DNA of 64,000 bases from a virus (taxonomy: Duplodnaviria; Caudoviricetes), in IMG/VR virus record IMGVR_UViG_2907202186_000003, positions 1-64,000 of that record, one strand, 5' to 3'. This document shows, piece by piece, positions 31,439-43,115 of this stretch (its first letter is position 1; every line of letters starts with the position of its first letter). Made by a program: the position numbers and the translations under genes. The notes beneath the pieces were generated by a model that was not told the origin of the DNA, searched no databases, and worked only from the letters and a program-made list of their open reading frames with translations.

Positions 31439-32506
31439 TTATTCAGGTTTGAAGGCGTGTTTATCCTTATCCAATAAGTCTTCCCACACATATATTCCCT
31501 TGTCAACCGGGGATTGCTTATCCTCAAGCAGATCATTTGTGTCGTACAGATAATAAACCCGTCTCCCCTTCATCTGCCTAATTTGATTCTTCACAAAGCC
31601 CTCATCTTTACCCTTATCCCAAGCGAATATATACTCAATCTCTATTCCCAGTTCTTTAAGTATTTTTACCTGTACTGGAGATAGTTTGTCCCCTTCTATC
31701 GACACAGAGTTCTTAATACCCCAGGCCCACAGCTTCATACATGATTTTGCACCTTCAAGAATATAAACAGTTTTAGTTTCTCGAATATAGGGAATCGCTC
31801 TATGCAAATTAAATAGTTCAATAGCCTTGCTGCAAGAGAATATGTAATTATACTTTTTATGATTTTTTGTTTCTATGTTTGAGCCAGTATATCTTCCTTT
31901 TATTCCGATTAATTCACCTTTAGCATTATGTATTGGAATCGTTACTCGATCTGTAAGGATGTGATATCCTATCCCAAACTCTTTTTGAGTTAAAATATCA
32001 ATGCCTTCGTTGTGCCATTCAAGCCAACCATAAGGCACAAATTCATTTAGTATCTCCTGTGACAAAACAGGATTTTCTGTAATTTCATATTCCCTAGGTC
32101 GCTGTTTTTGTATGTCTCTTAGCCACCAGTTCCAATCGGTTTTAGGCTTATCGTCAGCAAGATTTCCAACATTTTCATACCCCAAAGCATTACAAATAAA
32201 TGTTTTTAGTTGATACAGCTTCGTTTTCACATCATCAAAATTCCTGCAGTCGTAAATAATGAACCCAACTAGACTGTAAATATCTCCACTTATTCCCTCT
32301 CCGACAAGTTCAGTATGAAGAGACGGGTTTAAGTAAATTTGTGCTCCTCTTGAATTGCTCGATCCTGGAAGTCTTGCTGTAACCAAATCATCAGTACTAC
32401 GACCAGACTTTATCTTAATATCTGTGCAGCCTAATTCTTCAAGTAATAATCCAATTGTTCCTTCATTATAAATGCGTTCTTTAAGTTGCTTTAGTGAGTC
32501 GGACAA
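31439..32506 (-). CDS. DNA primase (TOPRIM, YorJ-like)
   Basis: RVTIPIHN..G.LIGIKGR, ILEGAKS, WDKGKD; next to the helicase. Confidence 0.88.
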   Translation of the reverse strand: MSDSLKQLKERIYNEGTIGLLLEELGCTDIKIKSGRSTDDLVTARLPGSSNSRGAQIYLNPSLHTELVGEGISGDIYSLVGFIIYDCRNFDDVKTKLYQLKTFICNALGYENVGNLADDKPKTDWNWWLRDIQKQRPREYEITENPVLSQEILNEFVPYGWLEWHNEGIDILTQKEFGIGYHILTDRVTIPIHNAKGELIGIKGRYTGSNIETKNHKKYNYIFSCSKAIELFNLHRAIPYIRETKTVYILEGAKSCMKLWAWGIKNSVSIEGDKLSPVQVKILKELGIEIEYIFAWDKGKDEGFVKNQIRQMKGRRVYYLYDTNDLLEDKQSPVDKGIYVWEDLLDKDKHAFKPE

Positions 32507-32521
32507 ATGACCTCCTCCATT

Positions 32522-34021
32522 TTAGTAATTATGATCATCGTAGACGGTAGTGAACCCGACTTCATACCAAGTGTTGATCCCAAAGTAAGGCTTTAATACA
32601 AGTACTTTTTGTCCCGTTTTATTGTCAGCTCCTCTCCTGTTCTTACTGTAAAATAGCAAATAGTACTGATGCCCTTTCTCTCGTTTCATTGGTTTGTCAA
32701 TGTAATCACCAGTAAAGTCATCCCACTGGTTAACAAGTAATTCGTGCTTCCCGCCTTCATACTCATCATCCCACATAAATCTACCCAAGATTAATACTGA
32801 TGCCTCATTCTTAATCTTTTTACCATCGCCTAGCGCATACTCATTCAGAAACCTCATTTTTAGAGCCGTATCGGCAAGCTGAACGTTTACCCATACAGCT
32901 AGGTTGAGACCGCCTCCATTGGGACGTGCAAGCTTGTAGACTTCTTTCATGTCTTCAACAAATCGTTCCCATCTTGCCATGCTGGCATCACCTTCAGACG
33001 GTTTTCCTGTATCAATAATCATTCTTTTGATTCCACGAGCAGCGTAGTGTTTTACTAGCTTTTTAACGTCTTCCATAATGTAGTTTTCCATAAATACAAA
33101 AGTAATTAGTTTCTCATTACCTTCGCATAGATCATATATCCATTGTTTTGCTTTATGTAGTTTAGCTTTATCTTGATCGGAGAAGCCACCCTCATTTAAC
33201 TTCTGTCTATCCACATATTCTTTTGTTCCCACACCCATTGCAGTAATCATTAACATCTTTTTGAACTCACCGATTGATTGTTCATTTGCAATAACCAGCA
33301 ATTTTTCTTTGTTTGCAATACAAGACATTATTACCTTATTAACAGTAAAGCTTGTTTTACCTGATCCACCGAATCCTCCATACATATAAACGTGACCATA
33401 ATCCCAACCAGTTGTTATCTTGGTCATTCGCTTGCTTTCATAAAATGGCAAACCTACTGTTGGATTCTCATCCCAATCGTTTATCTCGTCATCTAAGCCT
33501 TCTAAGAGATAATGCTCATCATATTTGTTATCACCATCAATCCCCAATTGAAGTATTTTATCATTCCAATATGTATGTAACTGTTCTTTAGACATCTTCT
33601 TGTAGTTGTACTTACCTTCATTAGTTATGACTCGCTCTCCTAGGTATCCAATAAGTCCAACTATAAGATTGTACTTTTTAATTTCGCTATAATAAGCATC
33701 CAGATTTTCGTCTTTATCCTTGACCTCAGACGACAATTCATTCATTGTTTGATATCCGCCATATTTGCCATATGCGTTCCCTGTATTAGTTTCATTGACT
33801 ACCTGGGATACGGAAATATCATCAAAAACCTTGATGCCTTTTTCGCTCAATTTTCTTCCCAGCGAGAAATAAAAACCATAAACAGGATTCAAAAAAGATT
33901 TATAGTTGATCTTTTCTTCAGGATAAAAGTTATAGTTATCTGGATTTCTCCAAAACAATCCTGTCAGATAACCCTCTGCCGCAACAACTTCTCTGCTTAA
34001 TTTTTCTTTCCACTCAGTCAT
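32522..34021 (-). CDS. dnaB: DnaB-like replicative helicase (YorI-like)
   Basis: Walker A GFGGSGKT, ANEQ, MIIDT, KNRRG. Confidence 0.9.
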   Translation of the reverse strand: MTEWKEKLSREVVAAEGYLTGLFWRNPDNYNFYPEEKINYKSFLNPVYGFYFSLGRKLSEKGIKVFDDISVSQVVNETNTGNAYGKYGGYQTMNELSSEVKDKDENLDAYYSEIKKYNLIVGLIGYLGERVITNEGKYNYKKMSKEQLHTYWNDKILQLGIDGDNKYDEHYLLEGLDDEINDWDENPTVGLPFYESKRMTKITTGWDYGHVYMYGGFGGSGKTSFTVNKVIMSCIANKEKLLVIANEQSIGEFKKMLMITAMGVGTKEYVDRQKLNEGGFSDQDKAKLHKAKQWIYDLCEGNEKLITFVFMENYIMEDVKKLVKHYAARGIKRMIIDTGKPSEGDASMARWERFVEDMKEVYKLARPNGGGLNLAVWVNVQLADTALKMRFLNEYALGDGKKIKNEASVLILGRFMWDDEYEGGKHELLVNQWDDFTGDYIDKPMKREKGHQYYLLFYSKNRRGADNKTGQKVLVLKPYFGINTWYEVGFTTVYDDHNY

Positions 34022-34031
34022 TTAATTCCCC

Positions 34032-34604
34032 CTAAAGAAACTCGGAAATATCATTATCATTTTCAGATTTAGGCTTATAAATCACTTCATAATTTGTAAT
34101 CCCTTTAGTATTTTTACTTTCTAATTGTATCTGTTCCAACTGTCTTTGTCTGTTCTTTTTTCTTTCATTTGCTTCATTAAGTTTGTCGATCATAATACTG
34201 ATCCCGTAGTTAACTGCTTTAACATCATTGCTACCATCAAGTTTATTCTTAATACACCATCTGATACTGTCTTCGGACAATTTATAGGCATCAAGCATCA
34301 AATTGAAATCTGGGCCAGTTCGCCATTGTTTAACCTTCTTACCATTCTTCATGACAAACCCAGATCTAAGATCTTTTAATCGAGTTATGTTCCCCTTTGG
34401 TAATACGACTAAATCATGCAGTTTAATAATGTACTGATATAGGTCGTCCCACTCTTCATTCTCTTTTTGAGTTGCAGCTTTTGCTTTTAGATGCTCCAAG
34501 TGACATGTTTCTTTGTGATAAAACCTCTTGTCTTCATAAACCATAATTTCTTTGTCGCCGTATTGCTCACATACTGGACATTTTACTGGTCTTGGTCTTG
34601 TCAG
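34032..34604 (-). CDS. YorH-like Zn-finger replication protein
   Basis: AAGGAGGTG RBS + CTG at 34604 adds VKCPVC in frame with YH..C; syntenic upstream of the helicase. Confidence 0.6.
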   Translation of the reverse strand: MTRPRPVKCPVCEQYGDKEIMVYEDKRFYHKETCHLEHLKAKAATQKENEEWDDLYQYIIKLHDLVVLPKGNITRLKDLRSGFVMKNGKKVKQWRTGPDFNLMLDAYKLSEDSIRWCIKNKLDGSNDVKAVNYGISIMIDKLNEANERKKNRQRQLEQIQLESKNTKGITNYEVIYKPKSENDNDISEFL

Positions 34605-34617
34605 CTAAATCACCTCC

Positions 34618-35454
34618 TTAAACAACGAATTTATCAAATACGGGCAATCTCAAGAGATTGTTCTTTGTGTATCCTCTATGTTTAACAACACACTTAATAA
34701 GTGGTTGGAGATATACAGTATCCTTCGTCTCACCTGCTTTTAGTTGTTGAAATATCTTGTATCCTGCTTTGCGTTCGGTTGGCCCAACTCCCAATTCCAT
34801 TACGCCTACAATTCGTTCTCCATTTGAAAGCAACCAGCCAAACTCATCCTTTCTGTATCCTGCTATATAAAGCTCGTCCATTTCATACGCTACAACCTTT
34901 TGCCACACAGAAGATCTCTTGCCGATTTCATACTTTGAACTTGCTTGTTTTAGGACTACTCCTTCTAACTTCTGCTCCTTAACTAAGTCAAAGTAGTTGA
35001 TTCCATTGCCATAAATGTATTTAGTCTTTGTATAAAACTGATTATCTGAAAAGGAGGATTCCAAGGCTTCCTTACGCTCAATCAATGGTAATATATTCAT
35101 ATCTTTATGTTCATATTTTATGATGTCGAATGCACAGAATGTAACTTTATGCTTGCTCTTTTTTGACTTGAATCGTTCCATCATCGCCTGAAAGTCAGGC
35201 TTACCATCATCCCCAGTAACAATCAATTCTCCATCAAGTATAGTTCCTTTTGGAGTATCTATATTATCGACCAGCTCAGGAAAGTTGGCCGTTATCTCGT
35301 TATTATGACGTGTATACAATCTAACCCTATCCATATTGCTAACGATCAACCTAATGCCATCCAATTTCAATTCGGTTATGTAGCTGTCATTATCAAATGG
35401 CTTGTTATCTGCAGCGTGTTCCAGCAACATTGGGGATATAAACATCTTCTTCAC
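34618..35454 (-). CDS. ATP-dependent DNA ligase
   Basis: PMLL, ELKLDGIR, LDGEL, AFDII, EGVVLK, WQK, LRLPVF. Confidence 0.93.
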   Translation of the reverse strand: MKKMFISPMLLEHAADNKPFDNDSYITELKLDGIRLIVSNMDRVRLYTRHNNEITANFPELVDNIDTPKGTILDGELIVTGDDGKPDFQAMMERFKSKKSKHKVTFCAFDIIKYEHKDMNILPLIERKEALESSFSDNQFYTKTKYIYGNGINYFDLVKEQKLEGVVLKQASSKYEIGKRSSVWQKVVAYEMDELYIAGYRKDEFGWLLSNGERIVGVMELGVGPTERKAGYKIFQQLKAGETKDTVYLQPLIKCVVKHRGYTKNNLLRLPVFDKFVV

Positions 35455-36613
35455 CTACCTTAAGACAAGTTTATCAAAGGTAGGTACTGCTGTTTAGAGG
35501 TAAGTTATGTATGCTTTCTTGATGAAACTGAACTTTCATCTGATTTACGTCCACTTTATGTATTCATCTCTTGGCACTTCGCGTAGCACTACGCATTTTT
35601 TTGCAAGTACTTTTTCCTTTTCTTTGATACAAAAATCATCAAATGAAATCTTAACTTCTAACAGAGAACCATTTTTCCAGTAATCCGATCTATCAATTTC
35701 TTCTTTTTGATTGAAATATAAATATTCATTTCTTGGTACGGCTTCGCACTATGAGTTTTGAGAGATTTATTTCAACCTCATCGACTAGGTCATGGTTTTC
35801 TATGTATTCAGTTAAGTTATCACTGTAGGCTTTTTTAACAACATCGTCTCCAAATAGCTTTTTAACGCACTGATCAATCATATCGTTATTCAACTCCACA
35901 ACCCCTTTCTTGATCAAAGTAAACTTTTATTTAGTTTATTTTGACGCTTTTAATCCATCGTGGATCTCACGAAGCTCTTTGATGGCAGATTTAATCTTTC
36001 GTTTATCTACATCTTCATGATAGTATTTTATGTCACCTAGAAGATGTTCCTTGAGTTGTTCGTCTGTCATTTCAAAAAGCTCTAATCCACTCCATTCATC
36101 AGACCAGATTGAGCCAATACATTGACGGTCTTCAGGAGTTGGATATGTAATGTCGCTCATTTCTTCGTCATAATAAAATTCCCAATACTTGTACTTTTTA
36201 TTGATTTTCATCGTATACCTCCAATTCTTCATAAAAGAAAGATTTCATTAAGTCTTAACTGTGTTAACATTATCTGAACCATTTAAATGCCCGATGATTT
36301 CGCCAACAAGCACGATCCTGCCTTGATTATCATAATCAAATTCATATCGAGTTGTGCAATCTGGACATCTTAGATACTCTTCGAGAATGTATTTATCCTC
36401 GACAGTTTTTCTAAGTCTCTTTTCAACCCTGTGTCCTTCGTTGCTGATTTTAAATTGTTCACGATAAAAATATTCCTGGGTAAAAACTAGGTCAGAACCA
36501 CATTCACAATTTGGCTTTTGATACACCTCTACTGCCTCCATATCTTATAAAAAAATTTCGTTTAGTTCTCTCGATATTATTTAAGATTTCTTTGGAGCCG
36601 TCAGTTCTCCATG

Positions 36614-37393
36614 TTACCTCTTAAATAACCGTTTGACTGTTTTTTCTAAATAATAGAAACCGATTATTCCCAAAATCAATAGAGATGCTAATCTCCAAAT
36701 AAGTATTAAATTCATATTATACAAACTCAAAGAAGTGCTTACATCGAACATAATATGTGTTATGATAACTGTCCATATATTTTTTGTAATAATGAATAAC
36801 AATCCAAAACATAGTCCTAATATCATTAAAGTTATAGTGATATTATAATCAAACCAGCCCACAGTATAGTTAAAAGTATGTAGCCATCCAAACAAGAACG
36901 AGCTTAGAATAACTGCTATAGTCAAGATAACATTTCTCTTTAAGGCTAGACTTGAAAGCATTAGACAAATAACATTAATTGCAGCAAACCTCCAGATCTC
37001 TTCACTTCCGGCTAAAAAATCAGAAATTAAATCCAAAAACAACTCATTAGAATTTATTGCTGATGGCAGTTCTTGAGGGTTCTGATCTTTTATAATGTAA
37101 CTGGTAACGAAGTTAACAATTACATTAAATAGCACAGGAACAGAAAAAGGAATGATTACATAGTTAAATAACTTTTGTTTTGCTGTTGTCTTTCCAATAT
37201 AAATATGAGCCTTCTGGAATAATACAGAGAAATAAAGACATGTAAAAAAGATACAATAATACACGTTTGAGAAATCTATAAACCGTTCTCTAATGATTAT
37301 ATATATGGGTAGTGACAAAAATATTAGAAGATTGACTATTAAATTCTTGCGGTTCAAGAAAATATCGGTAATAAGATTCATTTTTTTCTCCAA
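36614..37393 (-). CDS. CPBP (CAAX/Abi) family intramembrane metalloprotease
   Basis: EEIWR, FGWLH, THIMFD; many TM helices. Confidence 0.8.
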   Translation of the reverse strand: MEKKMNLITDIFLNRKNLIVNLLIFLSLPIYIIIRERFIDFSNVYYCIFFTCLYFSVLFQKAHIYIGKTTAKQKLFNYVIIPFSVPVLFNVIVNFVTSYIIKDQNPQELPSAINSNELFLDLISDFLAGSEEIWRFAAINVICLMLSSLALKRNVILTIAVILSSFLFGWLHTFNYTVGWFDYNITITLMILGLCFGLLFIITKNIWTVIITHIMFDVSTSLSLYNMNLILIWRLASLLILGIIGFYYLEKTVKRLFKR

Positions 37394-37424
37394 TCAGTAA
37401 AGATAAGATGAACGTTTCATGTAA

Positions 37425-37979
37425 TCACAGATATTCAATCCTAAGCAGGATTTCTTCTCTACTTAGTTTTAAATGATTAAGAAGTTTCTCGCCATCTTTA
37501 TTTAACCATCCCTGTTGCCTTGCATCTTCTCTAAGTATTATCTCTTTCGTTAATCTGGACTCTAATGAATTAAGCCAGCACTCTGTGTTTTTGCGTCCCA
37601 TATTTCCAAGAACATTTTTATCCGCTTCCATCTCATAAGGACTCACTAGGCCTATCTTAACTCTATCTAATCGTCCCTCAGAGGTAAATGGGTGATTATT
37701 AATAACATGACCAAGTTCATGATAAAGCGAACACCAGTCCAAAACCAAATTGTTTGAAGTACATAAGAATACTAATCCTTTAGTAGCAAAATCCGGTCTA
37801 TCCTTTGATGTATAACCCTGATTTTCAAAATTCGTACAGAATGAGTGTCCTCGCTTACTATAATTAATTACTGGAGTTTCTTTGAATAAAAAATAGTCAA
37901 ATTTAATTTCATTCCCCTCTTCATTAACTATAGAGAATTGCTGATTAAACACCATTTCTTGCACCATTAGACACCTCAT
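37425..37979 (-). CDS. ImmA/IrrE-like zinc metallopeptidase
   Basis: YHELGH...EMEAD. Confidence 0.6.
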   Translation of the reverse strand: MRCLMVQEMVFNQQFSIVNEEGNEIKFDYFLFKETPVINYSKRGHSFCTNFENQGYTSKDRPDFATKGLVFLCTSNNLVLDWCSLYHELGHVINNHPFTSEGRLDRVKIGLVSPYEMEADKNVLGNMGRKNTECWLNSLESRLTKEIILREDARQQGWLNKDGEKLLNHLKLSREEILLRIEYL

Positions 37980-38018
37980 AGCTTATAAAATATTTGTTTC
38001 ATCATGTATCAATTATAT

Positions 38019-38972
38019 CTAGATATTAGACCATGTTTCCCTCCTACAAATTTTAACTATGTTATCAGATGATACCTGATATTTACCTGCTAGAAACTCT
38101 ATTGCTCCCTTACTTTTGTTATCCTTATAGTATCCTCTAATTTCTCGTACTTCCTTAGGGGAGAGTTTCCTTGTGTGTGCCCTCATTGATGAGAGGTTAT
38201 TAAGTTCCTCAAATTTCTCATCATAAACAAATTCTAGTAAAGAGGCGCAGTCCCGATTAAACTTCTTTTTAAAAATGTAAGCAAAGCCCGAGTTATCAAA
38301 CACATCTCTATTGATTTTATTTATTATTTCACTTTTCTTCCATTTGAGGACAGTTTCGAAAAACCAAATTACTCCATCACGTATATCTTGATCAGTCCAA
38401 TTGTCTATAGTGACCCTTTTGAATTCCCATATTCTAAAATTGTATTCTGGATATATTGTTCTTAAAAAATCATAATAATAATCTGTTTGGTTTTTATCTT
38501 TATTCAGTCTTCTGTAAGCAAGTGTAAACCTTTCTAACCCTATTTCCTTTGCTCCTTTTAACAAGTCAGTTCTAGTTATTTTATTGATAGTACAATATGT
38601 TCTGGCCCCATCTACGATATTGCCGATACTTTCCCAATAACCGGATGGAACAACCTTCAACTCCCACGGATATACATTCCACTCCGGAAATGTTATAGAA
38701 ACTGCATAATAAGCATTGGAGGATAAATATCTTTCTAAGGGAGTTGTTAATTTGTATTTGCAGATAAAACTAGTCGTAAGTATATTTAGAAGACTTTCTC
38801 TACTCAGTTCTAGATGCTCAACGATTAGATAGCGAAAGCATTTTTTGAAATTATCAATTGCTTCTTTCTCTAAATCCCATGTATAAGGAGGGAACCTCTT
38901 CAATTCCCCCAGCAATAATTGTTTGTAGACATCAACTATAGAAAACATATGAAGTATCTCCTTATATCTCAC
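38019..38972 (-). CDS. DUF4046-like repeat protein with C-terminal HTH
   Basis: Repeated FP...W / WELK.VP..YW units; C-terminal KLS..EVREIR...LA.KY.VS...I..I. Confidence 0.55.
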   Translation of the reverse strand: MRYKEILHMFSIVDVYKQLLLGELKRFPPYTWDLEKEAIDNFKKCFRYLIVEHLELSRESLLNILTTSFICKYKLTTPLERYLSSNAYYAVSITFPEWNVYPWELKVVPSGYWESIGNIVDGARTYCTINKITRTDLLKGAKEIGLERFTLAYRRLNKDKNQTDYYYDFLRTIYPEYNFRIWEFKRVTIDNWTDQDIRDGVIWFFETVLKWKKSEIINKINRDVFDNSGFAYIFKKKFNRDCASLLEFVYDEKFEELNNLSSMRAHTRKLSPKEVREIRGYYKDNKSKGAIEFLAGKYQVSSDNIVKICRRETWSNI

Positions 38973-41798
38973 TATTTACTCTGTATCATAACTTATTAAG
39001 TCGTTGGGAACCAGTTTAAGAAAACCAGCCGTAGTTTCACACAACGATAATCCATTATCGTATTCATATATCACATGAACTCTGGTGTATCGTTCAAGTT
39101 CCTCTATTTTATTATTTAAAAATCCATCCTTATTTAGATTCTTATTTTCATCTAAGTATTTTCCGATTTTTAATTGTTGCTCTCTATAATCAACAAATTT
39201 ACCTAGCAATTCATCGGCCTTGTTAACACCTAATTCTTTTTCAAGTTTAAAATATAGTTCGTTTTCAATTTCATGATATTTCTTTATGATATTAAAAATA
39301 ATTTTATCCATATGTATCCCTCTCCTAACATAATAATGAAAGTCATATTTTATAGGGTTATGCTGTTTTTTAATTGCAAAAAACATTCATCGCAAAAGTT
39401 AACTTTAGCCTGTGTTCCAACTAAGACTATTACCTCGTCATAGGGAAACTGAAGTCTTTTTTGATCCTCAGTTAACTTCCCCCTTTTGTAAAAATTACAA
39501 CTTCCCTCTTCTTTTACCGATGATCTGAATAAATCCATATTGCACTCCTTTCTAAATCAAACTCACATTTCATTCTGTATCATATATCCGGTTTATATGA
39601 TGACACTCTGCACATTCATAATCATTAAACTCGCCTTTCTCATCTTCCCCACTACCAACAATATCAACATACTCATTATCAAAACACTCTTCACATTGAA
39701 ATCTCATTTCTTTCGCCACCTTGTTTCTTTATAAAAGATTCGTTTTATTTCCACACTTTTTCTCTTATGTTCTCAGCAATTTGATATAGCTCTTCTTCTT
39801 CATCTTTATCGTCTCTTTCGAAGTTAATATTGCCGTAATCAAAGTGGATTCTAAGCATCTCTAACTCTTTTTCTGTGAAGTAAATTGTTTTACCTGCCAT
39901 TATTATTGCCAACCTTCCAGATGTTTTAACATACTGTAATTCGCTCTGCAAAATAAATTCCTATTTGCCCGTCTTCAAACTCTAGAGTAACATTGCCTAC
40001 ATTCTCGTCTAATTCAGTAACTAATCCTTCTTTATGTGCCCAGGTTCCCATTATCGGCCTTGCAGTAACCCCTAGTCCAATTACTCTCCCATTGCAATCC
40101 CGCAACTTCAATATTTATCCCCCCATCATCAGCTCAGATTATAATATTCTCGATCAACTCGACATTCGTTATCACAAATTGTCCAGCTTTCTCCAGGCTT
40201 AAGCGTTCAATATCACCCTCGTGTATCGTACCAATAAAATCCTCTAGCTGTCGTGATCCTTTCATTCTTTTTAGATCTGTTTGTGCTAATTGTCTAACCA
40301 ATTCAATATTATTGTAACGATCCTCCTTTGCATCTTTTAGAATTATATCCTTATGACTCATAACCTTATTAATCCTAATTGTTTCAGTCGTACTGTAGTT
40401 CTCGTTATTGCTTAATTTGTAATCAATTCTATATACCTGGTTGATTAAAATATCTACTCTATCTTTCATTCTTCTAGTTCTAAAAAAATCGTCATTGGCG
40501 TTTACTCTTACAATTTTAAGGTTTTCTGATCTTTTATCCCAGCTAATCCATCCATATCTTTCACTCGTGTCAAAATAACAACTCAGCGCTTCATCAATTG
40601 AATCAAATAATATAGCTTCGCTTAGGGCACATTTTATGACAGTGCCTCCGATTGAGCCTCTTTTTATGTATTTTCCATCGAGCACTCTCACTGCATATTT
40701 TACTATTATAATCACCTCGCTCTGCATAAAAGGCTAATTTTATGTACCACTACTATTTAAAGAAAATTACTTTTGTGCATCTTACTTGATATCCCTTTTG
40801 AGTAAATCAAACTTTCAAAAATCTTAATTGCGATTTCCGGTTCATATGGAGGCTGCTGAACATTGTCAACATAAGTATCACGAAAATCATCATCTTCAAC
40901 AACACCTAACTCATTGAACCAGTTTTCAATAATATCTTCATGTTTTGATGCCATCTTTCTATACTTGGCTGCTTTTCTTAGTGCATCCCTAATTTCTATT
41001 GGAACTTTTGTTTTCATGTATCTTCCCCGCTTTCATCTAAATACTCCTCACAATACATCTGCAATTCAGTTAGCCTCTTATATCGTTTCCATCTTCATCA
41101 ACTTGTTTGCTGCCTCCTCCAAACTCCCATCCATTAGCCTCTACAAATTCAATAAACTTATCGAGAAACTCGTCATGATTAACGTCTCCCTCAGTAGCAA
41201 AAATTGCTCCACTAATCTCAATGCCTTTTTTCATTATGTTCTCTCCCCTCAGAATAAAAGACTCATTTCATGTAACTTTGTTTAAAATTCCATGGGGAAT
41301 TTTGTAAACAAAAAATGAACTCCCCATAGAATTGTTCCTTCTATTACTCTTCACCTTTGTTGCGTAATATATAGCTACCTTGTTCCAATTTCAAACTTTC
41401 AATGGAACCATAGGGTGAAAAGTATGATTCTACGGTCGTTCCATCTTCAAAGTCAATCTCCCCTTGCCAAGTTCCATACAACGAAGCTACTCTGTTTAAA
41501 TTAATTATAGCTTCAATCCCCTTGTCCTTAGTATCCACTCCAGGTACACTTATTGAGGTACCATTTAATTCAGTTTTATTGAATTGAAAAGGAATCAATA
41601 GTTTACATACATCTTTATAACTGTTCGTAATTACTGTGAATTTTTTAGATGTATTAACTACTCCCTTACCCTCAAAATTGAATACATAGTTAATTGTTCC
41701 AACACCAATTAAACTTTTAACCTTAGTTTCCCCAATTAGTTCTTCAATCTCCAAAAATTTAGCCATCTACGATCTCTCCTCATAAAAGAATTGTTTGA

Positions 41799-42365
41799 TT
41801 AAGAAATAAATACTTTCGAGAAAATTACATTGTTTACTGTATCATCCATAGTAGCAACATGCTCAATAGTATTCTTTTGCGCTTCAATAACTTTGTCCAA
41901 GTTGGGAATATACATATCAGATAACTCTGATTCGATGTATTTAAAAGCGTAAGGTTTATTTGATCCTATTGCAGAGATACAATCGTTACTGATTAGTTCG
42001 AGAGATTCAAGTTGCTTTTTGGGTGTTCTTAGCTGACAAATCTTAAGAATCCCTTTGCTTCTACCTCCCCATAGCAATATAAATGGATGGTTTTGATATA
42101 TAATCTTATTGGCTGTTCTCAGAATTATTTTACTTGCTTCATCCACATAATCTGATTTATTGAGTGTTTTATATTTTTGATCCAAGGTCATGGCAACATC
42201 ATCGAATATCGCTTTGCTTCCCCATGCAGAAAAGAATAAATTGTCCTCATAGGATTTTATTTTATTGAAATTTTCATCTTCAATATTATTAAACCGGTCT
42301 ACAATTCTTCCGTCAGACATTACAGAAATAAATTGGTTGCAAGCAACTACGGTTATTAGGCTCAT
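41799..42365 (-). CDS. putative Ntn-hydrolase/proteasome-beta-like protein
   Basis: M-S-L-I start, then VMSDGR, resembling the N-terminal nucleophile strand and A-D-x-R motif. Confidence 0.45.
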   Translation of the reverse strand: MSLITVVACNQFISVMSDGRIVDRFNNIEDENFNKIKSYEDNLFFSAWGSKAIFDDVAMTLDQKYKTLNKSDYVDEASKIILRTANKIIYQNHPFILLWGGRSKGILKICQLRTPKKQLESLELISNDCISAIGSNKPYAFKYIESELSDMYIPNLDKVIEAQKNTIEHVATMDDTVNNVIFSKVFIS

Positions 42366-42738
42366 TATTTATCCCTTTCTTATAAAAGTATTATTTCATC
42401 AGATTTACTTATCCTCTAAATGGTTTCCTTAGTGTATTTCTGTTCAAAAAATCAATCACTTCTCTTTTCTTCATGATAAAAACCTTATTATAATTTACTA
42501 AGCAACTTGAACAATAGGGCTGATTATTTGAATTGAAGAGAGGTTTTGCATTTTGATTTGAACAGTTAGGACATTCATAAATAACCCCTAAAACTGTACG
42601 CTTATTCTTATCCCAGTCTTTTGGAGTGCGATATTTTGTCATCTCTTCCCCACCTCATATGATTTCATTTAACAGCGACTCATCTGTTATTATTCGACAT
42701 TAATTATGTATTCACCTTCCGGATAATCCCTTGAATCA

Positions 42739-42767
42739 ATATTATTATATTTACTTTATTATGTCAA
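42739..42767 (-). promoter_or_regulatory. sigma-A-type promoter driving the leftward accessory array
   Basis: TTGACA-N17-TAATAT inside an inverted repeat CCCTTGA...TCAAGGG. Confidence 0.6.
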
Positions 42768-42789
42768 GGGCTTTCTGCCAATTATACGA

Positions 42790-42828
42790 AATTGACTGAC
42801 TTCCTGTATATGGAGGTCAGTCAATTTG
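42790..42828. terminator. hairpin/terminator downstream of the XRE gene
   Basis: AATTGACTGAC...GTCAGTCAATT inverted repeat. Confidence 0.7.
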
Positions 42829-42830
42829 TG

Positions 42831-43115
42831 TTACCAAAAATCACTCAACGATACGTCATAACCTTCTCTTCTCAATTTACTTATGATCTTAAGCTGTGTA
42901 TTGTCCTGGGGATTATGTTCAGTGTCATTACATAGAGAGTATACCGTCTTTCGATTCAATCCTATATTCTTAATCAGCCATTCCTGGCTAATACGATTAC
43001 GATCTATCCATTTGCCAAACCTAGTTCTTCTCTTAAATTCAAATACTCCCATTCCATCCACCCCTTTACTGACTAGGATGGACAAATCTTCGAAAATTAA
43101 TACATGGATTTTCAA
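42831..43115 (-). CDS. XRE-family HTH regulator
   Basis: ISQEWL....GLNRKTVYSLCN; divergent from the tubulin operon. Confidence 0.8.
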   Translation of the reverse strand: MKIHVLIFEDLSILVSKGVDGMGVFEFKRRTRFGKWIDRNRISQEWLIKNIGLNRKTVYSLCNDTEHNPQDNTQLKIISKLRREGYDVSLSDFW

